Position numbers and translations under genes: made by a program
The notes under the pieces: generated by a model
What the model saw: the letters and a program-made list of their open reading frames with translations, nothing else
Told to the model about the DNA's origin: nothing
The model's database searches: none
In this document: in pieces, positions 63,606-64,000 of the stretch
How positions within the stretch are numbered: the first letter of the stretch is position 1
Layout of the letters: each line of letters opens with the position of its first letter
Source of the DNA: Fibrobacteria bacterium
Lineage (GTDB): Bacteria > Fibrobacterota > Fibrobacteria > UBA11236
Reading direction: 5' to 3'
Length of the DNA: 64,000 bases
Assembly: GCA_041746255.1 (NCBI GenBank)
Contig: JBGTHM010000037.1
Span: 29,297-93,296, forward strand

Positions 63606-63652
63606 ATCCGTCTTCTCCTGTTGATTCCGCCGACGTTGCTTTAAGAGTGTTG

Positions 63653-63727
<75 letters not shown>

Positions 63728-63866
63728 CATTTCCACCATGCCTATTCTCATTTGTTTGCGCTCCCGGCTCCTCCCTTCAGAGATGTTTAGCGGAAGACCC
63801 ATCAAAAGATTGGTATGGGCGGGCCGAAAAATTTAAATCATATCCAAATTCAACTAAGGAGAGGTT

Positions 63867-64000
63867 ATGGCTAAAGCCAAATTCGAGCGGACGAAGCCGC
63901 ATGTGAATATCGGTACCATCGGTCATGTGGACCACGGCAAGACGACTTTGACGGCCGCCATCACCACGGTACTTTCAAAAACAGGTGGGGGTCAAGCCCG
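63867..64000 (+). CDS. tuf: Elongation factor Tu (5' part)
   Basis: [42 protein letters not shown]. Confidence 0.98.
   Translation, partial: MAKAKFERTKPHVNIGTIGHVDHGKTTLTAAITTVLSKTGGGQA

Overview
Mostly housekeeping 64-kb chromosomal segment of a diderm bacterium using the standard genetic code. It is probably FCB superphylum, most plausibly Fibrobacterota; this is inferred from SprA occurring together with flagellar fliD/fliS and DivIVA, not proven. In order, the window holds: the end of an exopolysaccharide cluster (GT4/GT2 enzymes, Wza-like, Wzc, a degraded OMP, and a sugar-transferase-STAS-deacetylase fusion); aguAB; an M32 carboxypeptidase; an RpoS/RpoD-like sigma factor divergent from fliD-fliS; rsmA; sprA interrupted by one in-frame TGA; rng/rne; tRNA-Leu-tig-clpP-clpX-lon-yggS-divIVA; marR; tRNA-Arg; a PAS hybrid kinase; assorted membrane and enzyme genes; cysS, clpP2, two HDOD genes, ftsY, thioredoxins, cca and an M48 peptidase; and the tRNA Thr-Tyr-Gly-Thr-tuf operon. 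I saw no CRISPR array, prophage or IS element. Best leads: (1) the AT-rich 15.1-15.5 kb intergenic region, which has a correctly spaced sigma-54 promoter in front of the sigma-70-family gene, three GTCA-N7-TGAC palindromes (FleQ-like) and a sigma-28-like promoter for fliD, suggesting an RpoN-to-alternative-sigma cascade tied to flagellar control; (2) the single opal codon in sprA; (3) a tRNA-Leu(UAG) without a long variable arm; (4) the three-domain priming-transferase fusion; (5) a c-type cytochrome with a T9SS-CTD/FlgD-like tail. All product calls come from motif recognition by eye; no database search was run.
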